A stretch of 64,000 bases of DNA from Candidatus Pacearchaeota archaeon. GTDB taxonomy: Archaea > Nanobdellota > Nanobdellia > Pacearchaeales > GW2011-AR1. Under the pieces are notes generated by a model that was not told the origin of the DNA, ran no database searches, and saw only the letters and a program-made list of their open reading frames with translations. A program made the translations under genes and the position numbers. Positions 55,345 to 63,977 of this stretch are shown piece by piece. Position 1 is the first letter of the stretch, and each line of letters begins with the position of its first letter. The stretch spans positions 8,152 to 72,151 of the forward strand of contig JAFCEE010000002.1 of NCBI GenBank assembly GCA_017609285.1. The letters run 5' to 3'.

Positions 55345-57158
55345 ATAAAAAAGGGGCTGAACTTGCGATTAGGAAACTGGTTTTGATAGTAATTATTCTT
55401 CTGGTTTTGTTTATAGCTTTACTTGCTTTTGTTCCTATGTTTAGGGAAAAAGTTTTAGGATGGATTAGGGGTTTGCCAGAATATAAATACGAATATGATG
55501 AGGAAATTGATGTTAGTGAGTTAAGTGATGAGGAAAGGGCTGGTTTGTGTTCTGGAGATTTGTTTGTAGGAAAAATAAAAGGAGAAACTGAGAGGGCAGG
55601 AGGAACAAAAAGCTTTATTGATATTTATTACGACGAGTTTGGAATAAAAACCTTGCTTTATTGGAGTGGGAATGACAGAAATGCTGAAATAAAAGTATTT
55701 ATTCCAGGTTGGTTTTGGGGTAAGAAAGATGTTGTTGTGGCAGAAGTGAAAAATAGAAAAATTAGTGTAAAAAAAGAATTTTTAGATAAAAGTGAGGCAT
55801 ATATTGCTTTGAATAATAAAATAATAAAAGAAACAGATAGGGAGTGGGGGTTGCCAGGTACAGAAGTGTTTGAACTTTTAGATAATGCTTATTATAGATC
55901 AGGAAATCTTATTTGTAGAACTGAACTTTCCCAATTTCAAATATGCGAAAAAGCGTGGCAGGAATTAAAAAATAAGAAATTTACTCTTATTTTTAAAGGA
56001 AAATGTGGGGTAGATAAAAATAATATTATTAACTTTAGAGAATGGGGTACCTGTTGTTTAGAAGTTAGCAATCTTTTCTTGAAAACAGGAGAAAAAGAAC
56101 AGCAATGGTATTGGACACCAGATAATACAAATTTTTGCGAAGAATTTTCTAATTATGATTTTGACTTGATATTTGATACAAAAACACAATTTTGGAAAGT
56201 TAAAGTTTGGATTCCTGAAAAAGGAGAAGTTTTGTATTTTGGAGGAGGAGATTGTTCTCAACCTTTAGGTTATTATAATTGTGAACTCGGATTTGAAGAG
56301 GGATTTGAAAAATATGGTGGGGTTTATGTTAGAGATGATGTAACTTGTAAGGAAGTAAAAGAAAAAGTGGTAAAGAAAGGAGAGTTTGATAAAATTAAAA
56401 ATTTAATTAAAAATAATTATTTTATTCTAAAAAGAGAAAATAAACCTTTGATTGAACCTTTATGTATAGATAGTGATGCGAAAACTAATCCGATAAAATT
56501 GAGATTTAAAGGTGGTTTTCTTGGACTTAGTAGTGGAGATGTTTATTTTGTTTGGCAAGCTGAAAAAAGAAAGGTACTTGCTTCTGAAAAAATTAACTTT
56601 ATTCTTGAAGAAGAGGACCCATTAGTGTATGATGCTGCAGAATTTGAAGCTGAATTAAATTCAAAGGGTAAAGATTCTGAGATATTTAATCATATAAATG
56701 ATATATGGGAAAATAATATAATTTTGTATATCCTAAAAGCAAAAGATTTAATAGAATTTATTGATAGGGTGACTTTAACATTCAATAACGCTGAAGATGT
56801 ATTTTATATTTTTCAGGGAGAACAGCCCTGGGATGACATTAGAAGAAACAGGCCTTATTATTTAGAATCTTGGCATAATCCTGGTTATTGTCTTGATAAA
56901 TACAGGGGAAAACATGATTGTAAGTTTTATAATTCAGACAAAAAAGAAGAAAGGATTTGCGAAATTAAGGATGATGGTAGAATATGTTTGGTTGGTAAGG
57001 AGGAAAAATGTGGAGAAACTTGTTTTTGTGAAGAAGATTATGAGGACGGTGATGAGTTAATTATATCAGACCTAAATATAGTTAAAGAAAGATGGAAAAT
57101 TGAAAAAGAATTTTGGGAAGGAAAAGCATATTTGTATTTAAATAAAGAAGGGAATTAG
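55341..57158 (+). CDS. Large Cys-rich class III signal-peptide protein (605 aa)
   Basis: 'MNKKG/AELAIRKLVLIVIILLVLFIALLAF'. I count about 18 Cys, with a dense C-terminal cluster 'RICEIKDDGRICLVGKEEKCGETCFCEE'. Confidence 0.7.
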   Translation: MNKKGAELAIRKLVLIVIILLVLFIALLAFVPMFREKVLGWIRGLPEYKYEYDEEIDVSELSDEERAGLCSGDLFVGKIKGETERAGGTKSFIDIYYDEFGIKTLLYWSGNDRNAEIKVFIPGWFWGKKDVVVAEVKNRKISVKKEFLDKSEAYIALNNKIIKETDREWGLPGTEVFELLDNAYYRSGNLICRTELSQFQICEKAWQELKNKKFTLIFKGKCGVDKNNIINFREWGTCCLEVSNLFLKTGEKEQQWYWTPDNTNFCEEFSNYDFDLIFDTKTQFWKVKVWIPEKGEVLYFGGGDCSQPLGYYNCELGFEEGFEKYGGVYVRDDVTCKEVKEKVVKKGEFDKIKNLIKNNYFILKRENKPLIEPLCIDSDAKTNPIKLRFKGGFLGLSSGDVYFVWQAEKRKVLASEKINFILEEEDPLVYDAAEFEAELNSKGKDSEIFNHINDIWENNIILYILKAKDLIEFIDRVTLTFNNAEDVFYIFQGEQPWDDIRRNRPYYLESWHNPGYCLDKYRGKHDCKFYNSDKKEERICEIKDDGRICLVGKEEKCGETCFCEEDYEDGDELIISDLNIVKERWKIEKEFWEGKAYLYLNKEGN

Positions 57159-57162
57159 AAAG

Positions 57163-58023
57163 ATGAGAAAAAAAGCAGATATATTAATGCCGGAATTTTT
57201 GAAATTGATGATAGCAGTAATTGTAATTGGTTTGCTTTTATATTTAGCTTATCAACTTTACGGAATTTTTATAGCTAAATCTGATTTAGAAAAAGCAAGA
57301 AGTACTTTAAATCAGATTGTTGGGAAAATAGAAAGTTTAGAAGAAGGTGAGAAAATAGATTATATAATTAATAGTCCTGAAGGTTGGAATCTTTTATTAT
57401 ATGAAGATGAATCTTTATGTGATGGTGAGAAATGTTTATGTATTTGTGAAAAGAAAACTAAGAATAATTGTAAGAATTATGGTGTTTGTAAGGCTTTTCC
57501 TTATGAATATGAGCCATTTATAGAGGGATATTTTAATCCTAGGGAAATTGACAATGCACAGGTGCAATTTGGTATTTACCATTCTAAAAAAATTTTCCTT
57601 TCTAAAAATGATGGGATTATTTATTTTTTAAAAGATAAATTACATGAAAAAGAGAGAGATGTTTTAAATAATTTGTTAGTTTATGAATTTAAAAAGAAGA
57701 AGATTGAGAGTTATCTTAATGATTTTATTAATTCTGGAGGAAATAAAAAGTATTCTCAATTATATATGGCTATTAAAGATTATTTTGATAATCATAATTT
57801 GAAAGGAATTTTTAAAGTTGAAACAGAGGAAAAATATAATGAGGGGAGACCAATAGTTAAATTGGGAGAGATTTATTTTAAATTTGAAAAACCTGAAAGA
57901 TTCAGAGTTCAAGCAGGATTATGGAATATATATAAAACAACTAAAAAAATATCTGATGATAAAGGAAATATTTATGTAATTTCATTTATAGCTGATTTAT
58001 CTAATTATGAAAATGAAAACTAA
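57163..58023 (+). CDS. Pilin-like N-terminal anchor protein with Cys cluster (286 aa)
   Basis: 'MRKKADILMPEFLKLMIAVIVIGLLLYLAY' and the cluster 'CDGEKCLCICEKKTKNNCKNYGVC'. Confidence 0.6.
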   Translation: MRKKADILMPEFLKLMIAVIVIGLLLYLAYQLYGIFIAKSDLEKARSTLNQIVGKIESLEEGEKIDYIINSPEGWNLLLYEDESLCDGEKCLCICEKKTKNNCKNYGVCKAFPYEYEPFIEGYFNPREIDNAQVQFGIYHSKKIFLSKNDGIIYFLKDKLHEKERDVLNNLLVYEFKKKKIESYLNDFINSGGNKKYSQLYMAIKDYFDNHNLKGIFKVETEEKYNEGRPIVKLGEIYFKFEKPERFRVQAGLWNIYKTTKKISDDKGNIYVISFIADLSNYENEN

Positions 58024-58126
58024 AAAAGCCCAGATGTCAGAATTATTCAGGTATTTGTTGTGGATAGTTGTATTTTTAATTTTAGGGACAGGCTTATATT
58101 TGATGTTAAAAAAACTGATAGGATAA
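58007..58126 (+). CDS. Unannotated 39-aa pilin-like mini-protein
   Basis: Not in the track. It encodes 'MKMKTKKAQMSELFRYLLWIVVFLILGTGLYLMLKKLIG'. It overlaps the 3' end of the previous gene in another frame. Confidence 0.4.
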   Translation: MKMKTKKAQMSELFRYLLWIVVFLILGTGLYLMLKKLIG

Positions 58127-58156
58127 AAATTTAAATTAAAGAGTATTGGTAAGGAA

Positions 58157-59293
58157 ATGTTAAGAGGAATAAAAAGAGGGAAAAAAGCAGCATTAAGTGC
58201 GAAAATGATAGTCACAATTATCTTACTTATAATGGGTTTTATTATTTTACTTTTTTTTATGTTGAGATTTGTTTGGACTGAAAGAGTTGATAAAGAGGTT
58301 TGTCATGAATCTGTGATTTTAAGAGCTACTTTACCTTCTATTGTCAAAGAATATATTCCTTTAAAATGCAAGACAGCTAAATACTGCATAACTACTAGTG
58401 GATTTTTAGGAATTGGTGGTGGAAAATGTAATGGTAAAGGAGAGGCTTTTCAAGGCGAGAAAGGTATAACTAAAGTTAAAGTTAAAAGTAAAGAAGATAT
58501 AGAAAGGTTTCTTGCTAGAGAAATTATTGATTGTTGGAGTATGATGGGAGAAGGAAAAGTTTCTTTGTTTACTCAGCATATGGCTAAAAACTTTGGTGTT
58601 GGAGGAATTAGTTCTTCTTGTGTCATATGCAGTAGAATTGCTTTTGATAATGAAAGTTTAGTTAAGGCAGGGATTAATTTTAGTGAGATTGATGTTTTAA
58701 ATTATATGGCAACTCATAAAGCTCCTAATAAAGATGTTTCTTATCTTGAGTATTTGGTGGGGGAAAAAGGAAAAATAAGTATAAAAACTGATGAAGATAT
58801 CAAGGAAGTTGTGAAGTCTTTTTCTGAAATTAAAGAAAGTGAGACCTTTAAAAAAGAATTTAAGGAAGAAGATTTGAGTGGAGAGATAAATTTGGAAGAG
58901 GTTTCAGAAGAAGAAATAAATAAAGCTGATGAAACACAGAAGGAGTTTGCTATTATGTTTATGCAGGTTATAGCTCCTAAACATTCAGATGTTCTGAAAA
59001 ATACTGCTTATGTTGCTTTTGGCGGAGCAGGAGCTAGCGCTATTTTATCCCCTATAACTACAATTAAGGTTATTGGAAGCGTTGTTTTTTGGAAAATAGC
59101 TCTGCCTGTGGCTGCTCTTTTCACAGCTGGCCAACACGTTAATGTTATGATACAGAGAGATATTGCAGCAGGTTATTGTGGAGATGTTTCTGTTGGTGGA
59201 GAGGCAAGAGATGGTTGTTCAGTAGTCAGGACAATAAATTATAATATAGATGATTTAACAAAATATTGTTCTATTATTGAGAGCATACCTTAA
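58157..59293 (+). CDS. Class III signal-peptide-like protein (378 aa), Cys-rich
   Basis: 'MLRGIKRGKKA/ALSAKMIVTIILLIMGFIILLFF'. It has about 12 Cys, an acidic insert, and a second hydrophobic region near the C-terminus. Confidence 0.6.
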   Translation: MLRGIKRGKKAALSAKMIVTIILLIMGFIILLFFMLRFVWTERVDKEVCHESVILRATLPSIVKEYIPLKCKTAKYCITTSGFLGIGGGKCNGKGEAFQGEKGITKVKVKSKEDIERFLAREIIDCWSMMGEGKVSLFTQHMAKNFGVGGISSSCVICSRIAFDNESLVKAGINFSEIDVLNYMATHKAPNKDVSYLEYLVGEKGKISIKTDEDIKEVVKSFSEIKESETFKKEFKEEDLSGEINLEEVSEEEINKADETQKEFAIMFMQVIAPKHSDVLKNTAYVAFGGAGASAILSPITTIKVIGSVVFWKIALPVAALFTAGQHVNVMIQRDIAAGYCGDVSVGGEARDGCSVVRTINYNIDDLTKYCSIIESIP

Positions 59294-59294
59294 A

Positions 59295-59675
59295 ATGAGA
59301 AAAACTGGAATGTTAATACTTGGAGAAATAATATTTTTTTCTTTAAATGCTGTTTTTTTTATAATTATGTTAATTTTTGTTGTTAGTAATGCTAATGGCA
59401 AGCCTATTTATGAACAAGCATATGCTAAACAAATCGCTTTAATGATAGATGAAGCAAAGCCAGGTATGACTTTTTCTTTAAATATGCGGGATGTTGTTGA
59501 GAAATATGATAGGGAGTTGTCAGAGATTATAAAAATAGACAATAATGAAAAGAAAGTTGTTGTTAAATTAGGTTCAAGAGGTGGTTATAGTTATAGATTT
59601 TTTACTCAAGCTAAGATAGAATCTAAAGTTCAGGAAAAATATAATATTATAATCAGTGTAAAGGAAAATGAATAA
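59295..59675 (+). CDS. Pilin-like protein (126 aa)
   Basis: 'MRKTG/MLILGEIIFFSLNAVFFIIMLIFVV'. The ATG at 59295 lies 1 nt after the previous stop. Confidence 0.55.
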   Translation: MRKTGMLILGEIIFFSLNAVFFIIMLIFVVSNANGKPIYEQAYAKQIALMIDEAKPGMTFSLNMRDVVEKYDRELSEIIKIDNNEKKVVVKLGSRGGYSYRFFTQAKIESKVQEKYNIIISVKENE

Positions 59676-60207
59676 TTTATTAAGGAATAAAAAGGGAGGA
59701 GAAAAGTATCTTAGTATTTGGTGGTTTTTTGTTTTAGTTGTTATTGCTGGTGGAATTGTTATGGTTATATCTGCTTATAATGTTTCTGATATTTCTACTA
59801 AAAAATTAGAATCATATATCTTAGTTACGAGATTTGTTGATTGTGTTGTTGATTCCGGCTATTTAAATGAAAAATTTTTGGCTGGGAATTTTGATATCTT
59901 TAAGAGTTGTTATTTAAGTAGGGAAATTATAGAGGATGGAAAACATTATTTTGCCTATGAAGTTTACAAACTTAATGATTGTAAATATGAAAAAGGAATG
60001 TTGAAATGTAAAGAGCCATTAATTTCAAACTCTTTTGGCGTAACCGATTTTAAAAATCAATGTAAGATTAAAGAAAAAATGAAAGAAGCTAAACACTATC
60101 CTGAATGTTCTGAAAAGAAGATTTATGTTTTAAGTAAAGAAAAAGAAAAATTAATGATGTATGTTGTTGCTGGTTCAAATCAAAAAATTAAGAAAGAAGT
60201 ACTTTAA
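59668..60207 (+). CDS. Pilin-like protein (179 aa), Cys-containing
   Basis: 'MNNLLRNKKGGEKYLSIWWFFVLVVIAGGIVMVI' with 7 Cys. Confidence 0.55.
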   Translation: MNNLLRNKKGGEKYLSIWWFFVLVVIAGGIVMVISAYNVSDISTKKLESYILVTRFVDCVVDSGYLNEKFLAGNFDIFKSCYLSREIIEDGKHYFAYEVYKLNDCKYEKGMLKCKEPLISNSFGVTDFKNQCKIKEKMKEAKHYPECSEKKIYVLSKEKEKLMMYVVAGSNQKIKKEVL

Positions 60208-60208
60208 A

Positions 60209-60826
60209 ATGGTAAGAAAGTTAAGAAGTAAAAAGGGACAAGTACCTTCTGCACTAACTTGGATTGTTGCTTTTCTTATAATATTTTTTATTATGTTCTT
60301 GTTTGTGTCTGCTTCACTTATTATTATAGGAAAGAGGAAAATTCCGATAGTTGAAGGGGGGAAAAGTAAGATTGGGATCGAAAAGGCGAGAAGAAATTTA
60401 ATAGAGAGTGAGATACTTTTTGCTTTATTAGAAACAAAAATTTATGGCATTAAATTAAGAGAAAGGATTTTAGAATGGAATAAGATACAACCTATTTCTA
60501 GTGAAGAGAGAGAGAATACAAGAAAAAAAATTGAAAATGAAGTTAGCGACATTCTTTTTTTATATGAAAACTGCAAATATATTTTTGATGTAGATGCTGT
60601 TCCTGAAAATTTGAGAAATATGCCTGTAGATCCAAGAGGAGCAGGGCCTTATTATAGAGCAATTTCTTATTATAAATTAAGAAAAACAAACATTCAGCCT
60701 GTTACAAGCGACCCTCGCGGAATGCAGTATTTTACAAGCTATTTTAATGCTCTTTTAAATCAAGCATCCAAAATAAATATAGGAAAGGAAAATCCAATAT
60801 GGGTTAGATTTTATTTAGAGTGTTAA
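60209..60826 (+). CDS. Pilin-like protein (205 aa)
   Basis: 'MVRKLRSKKGQVPSALTWIVAFLIIFFIMFLFV'. The ATG at 60209 lies 1 nt after the previous stop. Confidence 0.55.
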   Translation: MVRKLRSKKGQVPSALTWIVAFLIIFFIMFLFVSASLIIIGKRKIPIVEGGKSKIGIEKARRNLIESEILFALLETKIYGIKLRERILEWNKIQPISSEERENTRKKIENEVSDILFLYENCKYIFDVDAVPENLRNMPVDPRGAGPYYRAISYYKLRKTNIQPVTSDPRGMQYFTSYFNALLNQASKINIGKENPIWVRFYLEC

Positions 60827-60827
60827 A

Positions 60828-61163
60828 ATGAAACGTAAAAAGGGAGCTACTATCATTTCAATTTTGTTACTTGTGTTTATAGCTTTGGCTTTATCTGCCT
60901 CAACTTTGTTTGTTCTTCTAACTAATGAGAAAGTAGAGAAGATAATTTCTGATGCAAGATTTTTGGAGAAAGTTTATTTTAAAGAAGAGCAGATTAAATT
61001 TTTTTTGAATCAAAATGTAAGTGTTGAAGAGGCCGTCAGATTAATTGAAGGGGCCAAATTAGTAGGAGAGGAAATTGAAATTACAGAAGAATTAGAAACT
61101 AAAGAAGGTAAAATTAATGTAGTGTATAGATTTAAACCAAACAAAAATAGGGAAAAGATTTAA
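60828..61163 (+). CDS. Class III signal-peptide pilin-like protein (111 aa)
   Basis: 'MKRKKG/ATIISILLLVFIALALSAS'. Confidence 0.65.
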   Translation: MKRKKGATIISILLLVFIALALSASTLFVLLTNEKVEKIISDARFLEKVYFKEEQIKFFLNQNVSVEEAVRLIEGAKLVGEEIEITEELETKEGKINVVYRFKPNKNREKI

Positions 61164-61196
61164 AAATATACCCGACTTAAGTTAAGCAAGAAAAAG

Positions 61197-61640
61197 ATGG
61201 TGAAAAATAAAAAAGGAGCTGAACTTACTATAGGAACTTTAGTTGTTATAGTTTTAGCTATAATAGTTTTAGTTGTGTTAGCTTTGGGATTTGGAACTGG
61301 CTGGACTAATTTGTGGAGCAAGATTACAGGTTATTTTTCTCCAGTTAATGTTGATGCTGTTAAGCAGGCTTGCGTTTATGCTTGTACTACTAATGCTAAA
61401 TATGATTGGTGTTATAGGGTTAGGGAGATAAAGTATGAACAAGGTCAGCCAAAAATAAAAATTACTTGTGATAGTTGGAGTAATGATAAACTTGCTTTAG
61501 GAAAATCAGAAAATTTGCCTTCTCAACTCCTACATATGCTTGAGAAATGTGATAATATTGAATGTCCTAGCGCAGAAGGATCAGAAACTTCACCCACAAG
61601 TAGAGATTCAGAAACAGCCCTTCCTGAGGGGGGAGGATAA
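61197..61640 (+). CDS. Small Cys-patterned pilin (147 aa), candidate major pilin
   Basis: 'MVKNKKG/AELTIGTLVVIVLAIIVLVVLALG' and the Cys pattern C-x3-C-x8-C...ITC...C-x4-C. The tail is S/T/E-rich. Confidence 0.7.
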   Translation: MVKNKKGAELTIGTLVVIVLAIIVLVVLALGFGTGWTNLWSKITGYFSPVNVDAVKQACVYACTTNAKYDWCYRVREIKYEQGQPKIKITCDSWSNDKLALGKSENLPSQLLHMLEKCDNIECPSAEGSETSPTSRDSETALPEGGG

Positions 61641-61681
61641 TTTAACACCAAATTTAAAAACATCTTTTTCTTATTTTTAGC

Positions 61682-61981
61682 ATGAATAAAAAAGGTTTTG
61701 AGTTAACTATTAACACTCTTGTTATAATAGTTCTTGCCTTACTTGTTTTATTAGCTTTAAGTTTAGCTTTTACTGGAGGATTTAAGAAATTCTGGCGAGA
61801 AATTAAGGGTTATTCTGGGAGTGAAATTGATTCTTTGAGTAAGATATGCCAGAGTCAGTGTGTTCAGGGAAATAAGTATAGTTTCTGTTGCGAAAAAAAG
61901 ATATTGGGTAAGGAAGAGATAACATGTTTAGATAAAAGGTTAAATGTTGATTGTGAGATAAGTTGCAGAGGAGTTTGTTGA
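61682..61981 (+). CDS. Small Cys-patterned pilin (99 aa), paralogue of 61197..61640
   Basis: 'MNKKG/FELTINTLVIIVLALLVLLALS'. 'ICQSQCVQGNKYSFCC...ITC' parallels 'ACVYACTTNAKYDWC...ITC'. Confidence 0.7.
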   Translation: MNKKGFELTINTLVIIVLALLVLLALSLAFTGGFKKFWREIKGYSGSEIDSLSKICQSQCVQGNKYSFCCEKKILGKEEITCLDKRLNVDCEISCRGVC

Positions 61982-61982
61982 A

Positions 61983-62099
61983 ATGTCAGAATTTGTATAT
62001 CCTGAGAAAAGAAAGAAGAAGAAACATAAGAAAAAAGAGAAAAAGAGATTTCCTTATAAAAAAGGTGGAAAGTATAGAGGTAGTAAGATAAAAGGTTGA
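61983..62099 (+). CDS. Possible 38-aa highly basic peptide
   Basis: Not in the track. It encodes 'MSEFVYPEKRKKKKHKKKEKKRFPYKKGGKYRGSKIKG'. The ATG lies 1 nt after the pilin stop. It could be a chance ORF in A-rich DNA. Confidence 0.25.
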   Translation: MSEFVYPEKRKKKKHKKKEKKRFPYKKGGKYRGSKIKG

Positions 62100-62160
62100 A
62101 GTTAGAGAAAAAAATTTAGATTTTAGCAAATCTTAAAAAGCTTTATTGATAAAATATTAA

Positions 62161-63036
62161 ATGATTAGCTTTTTGATTTTCCTTGCTTTAATCTGGCTTG
62201 TAATAGCTTCAATGCAAGATATAAAAAAAAGAGAAGTTCCAAATTGGTTGTCTTTTTCCCTTATTTTGTTTGCTTTAGCTTTTCGTTTGATTTACTCTGT
62301 TATTAATTCTGATGCTTGGTTTTTTTTGTTTGGCTTATTCGGTTTTATGATTTTTTTCTTGTTAGCTTATATGTTTTATTATGCAAGAGTTTTTGCTGGC
62401 GGCGACGCTAAACTTTTAATGGGTATTGGGGCTGTTTTACCTTTAAGTTTTAGTATGTATTATAATTTGATTTTATTCGGAACCTTTATTTTTCTTTTTT
62501 TGTTAACAGGAGCAGTCTATGGTTTGGTTTATTCTTTTGTGTTAGTTGCCTTAAACAGAAAAAAATTTTCTAAAGAGTTTTTTAAGCAGTTTAAATTAAG
62601 AAAAAACCTAGTTTTTATCTTTTTAATTCTAGCTTTGACGAGTTTGATTTTTGTTATTTATTCTAGAGAATTTTTATTATTACTTTTGCCTTTCCCAATT
62701 TTTATTTTCCCTATGCTTTTTATTTATGCTAAGGCAGTAGAGGAGAGTTGTATGGTTAAGGAAGTTAATAGTAAGGATGTGGTGATTGGAGATTGGTTGT
62801 ATGAAGAGATTGTAGTAAAATTTAGTGGAAAAAGAAAAAAAATTAAGCCTTGTTGGGAAGGTTTGAGTGAAGAAGAGGTTGAGTTATTGAAAAAGGCGAG
62901 GAAAAAAGTAAAAATAAAACAAGGCATACCTTTTGTTCCTTGTTTTTTAGTTTCCTTTTTATTATTCTTATGGTTATGGTATTCTAACTGGAGCTTTTTC
63001 CAGTGGTTTTGGCTTTTTAGCTTTAATTTTCCTTGA
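62161..63036 (+). CDS. Prepilin/preflagellin peptidase (A24 family, PibD/FlaK-like)
   Basis: 291 aa, polytopic. The first Asp motif is '[15 protein letters not shown]' and the second is '[13 protein letters not shown]'. Confidence 0.85.
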   Translation: MISFLIFLALIWLVIASMQDIKKREVPNWLSFSLILFALAFRLIYSVINSDAWFFLFGLFGFMIFFLLAYMFYYARVFAGGDAKLLMGIGAVLPLSFSMYYNLILFGTFIFLFLLTGAVYGLVYSFVLVALNRKKFSKEFFKQFKLRKNLVFIFLILALTSLIFVIYSREFLLLLLPFPIFIFPMLFIYAKAVEESCMVKEVNSKDVVIGDWLYEEIVVKFSGKRKKIKPCWEGLSEEEVELLKKARKKVKIKQGIPFVPCFLVSFLLFLWLWYSNWSFFQWFWLFSFNFP

Positions 63037-63603
63037 TTTTCTTTTTTTAACTTTTAATTTTTCCTGTACCTGTTTTAGCTCTTCTTCTTTTGCTTTATAT
63101 TTTTCTAATTTTTTATTTTTATAAATTGGAATTACATTTATAGTGGCGTGCTCAAATATTTCAGCTGTTTGTATACTTATGCTTTCAGCTTTTAGTTTAG
63201 ATTTTATTTTTCTTGCTATTTTTTTAGCCAGGGTAAATGCTGATGAATGAAGTTTGTCTATTTTGAGATGTTTTTTTGGAATTATTAGTGTATGGCCTTT
63301 ACTTAGGGGATTTATTTCTAGTACTGCTATACTTTCTTTATCCTCATCTATTTTATAAGAAGGAATTTTCCCTTCTACTATTAAGCAGAAAGGACATTGT
63401 TGCTCTGTTGCCGGGTTTGGTTGTTTTTCTTTATTAGAGGTTTTAATCAGCTTGTTTTGGATGAGAAACTGTTCTAGTTGTTTTGGATTTAAGGATAAAA
63501 TATATCTTCTTGCTTCCTCCTTTTTTTCTTCATTTGTTTGCCAAGAATCAATTTGCTTCAAAAGTTGAGATTTTATATTCTTAACTTGTCCTTCTGATAA
63601 CAT
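62974..63603 (-). CDS. HIT-fold protein with degenerate histidine triad and Lys-rich tail
   Basis: 209 aa. '[43 protein letters not shown]' is a typical HIT N-terminal half. The triad position reads 'EHATINVIP' instead of HxHxHxx. Confidence 0.65.
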   Translation of the reverse strand: MLSEGQVKNIKSQLLKQIDSWQTNEEKKEEARRYILSLNPKQLEQFLIQNKLIKTSNKEKQPNPATEQQCPFCLIVEGKIPSYKIDEDKESIAVLEINPLSKGHTLIIPKKHLKIDKLHSSAFTLAKKIARKIKSKLKAESISIQTAEIFEHATINVIPIYKNKKLEKYKAKEEELKQVQEKLKVKKRKSRKIKAKKPKPLEKAPVRIP

Positions 63604-63707
63604 GTGTAAATAAATAGGAAGAGATTTAAATATTTATTGAAAGTTCAGAAACCTCTATCCAAAAGCTTTCCCCCTTTGGATTCGTAGTTATAATAAAAAA
63701 GAATGTT

Positions 63708-63977
63708 TCATCCAAATGCTCGCCTATAATCAATAATGTCAAGAGAAGAGACATCTTTAACTTCTCTGATAGCTTTTTCAGCTTTTTCTGTTTCTTGTTC
63801 TTCTGGCCATGTTAATGTTACAATTAAAGCCTTTAAACCAAAAGCTACTTCTTGTTCTTCTATACTATCGACTTTTCCTTTTACTGCCCCAATTTTTTCT
63901 TTAATCTCTTTTTTTATCTGTTCTAAATCAGAGCTTTGTTCTGGCATGACTTTAATTTTTAGTATTGCTATTCCCAT
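63708..63977 (-). CDS. ef1b: Translation elongation factor aEF-1 beta
   Basis: 89 aa. 'ILKIKVMPEQSSDLEQIKKEI...EEQEVAFGLKALIVTLTWPEEQ...VKDVSSLDIIDYRR' fits the aEF-1beta pattern. Confidence 0.85.
   Translation of the reverse strand: MGIAILKIKVMPEQSSDLEQIKKEIKEKIGAVKGKVDSIEEQEVAFGLKALIVTLTWPEEQETEKAEKAIREVKDVSSLDIIDYRRAFG

Noticed and set aside
63658-63682. 7-bp inverted repeat ATCCAAA-N11-TTTGGAT downstream of ef1b as a terminator or ncRNA
   Set aside because: The stem is short, it is a single occurrence, and archaeal termination does not require hairpins. The evidence is insufficient.
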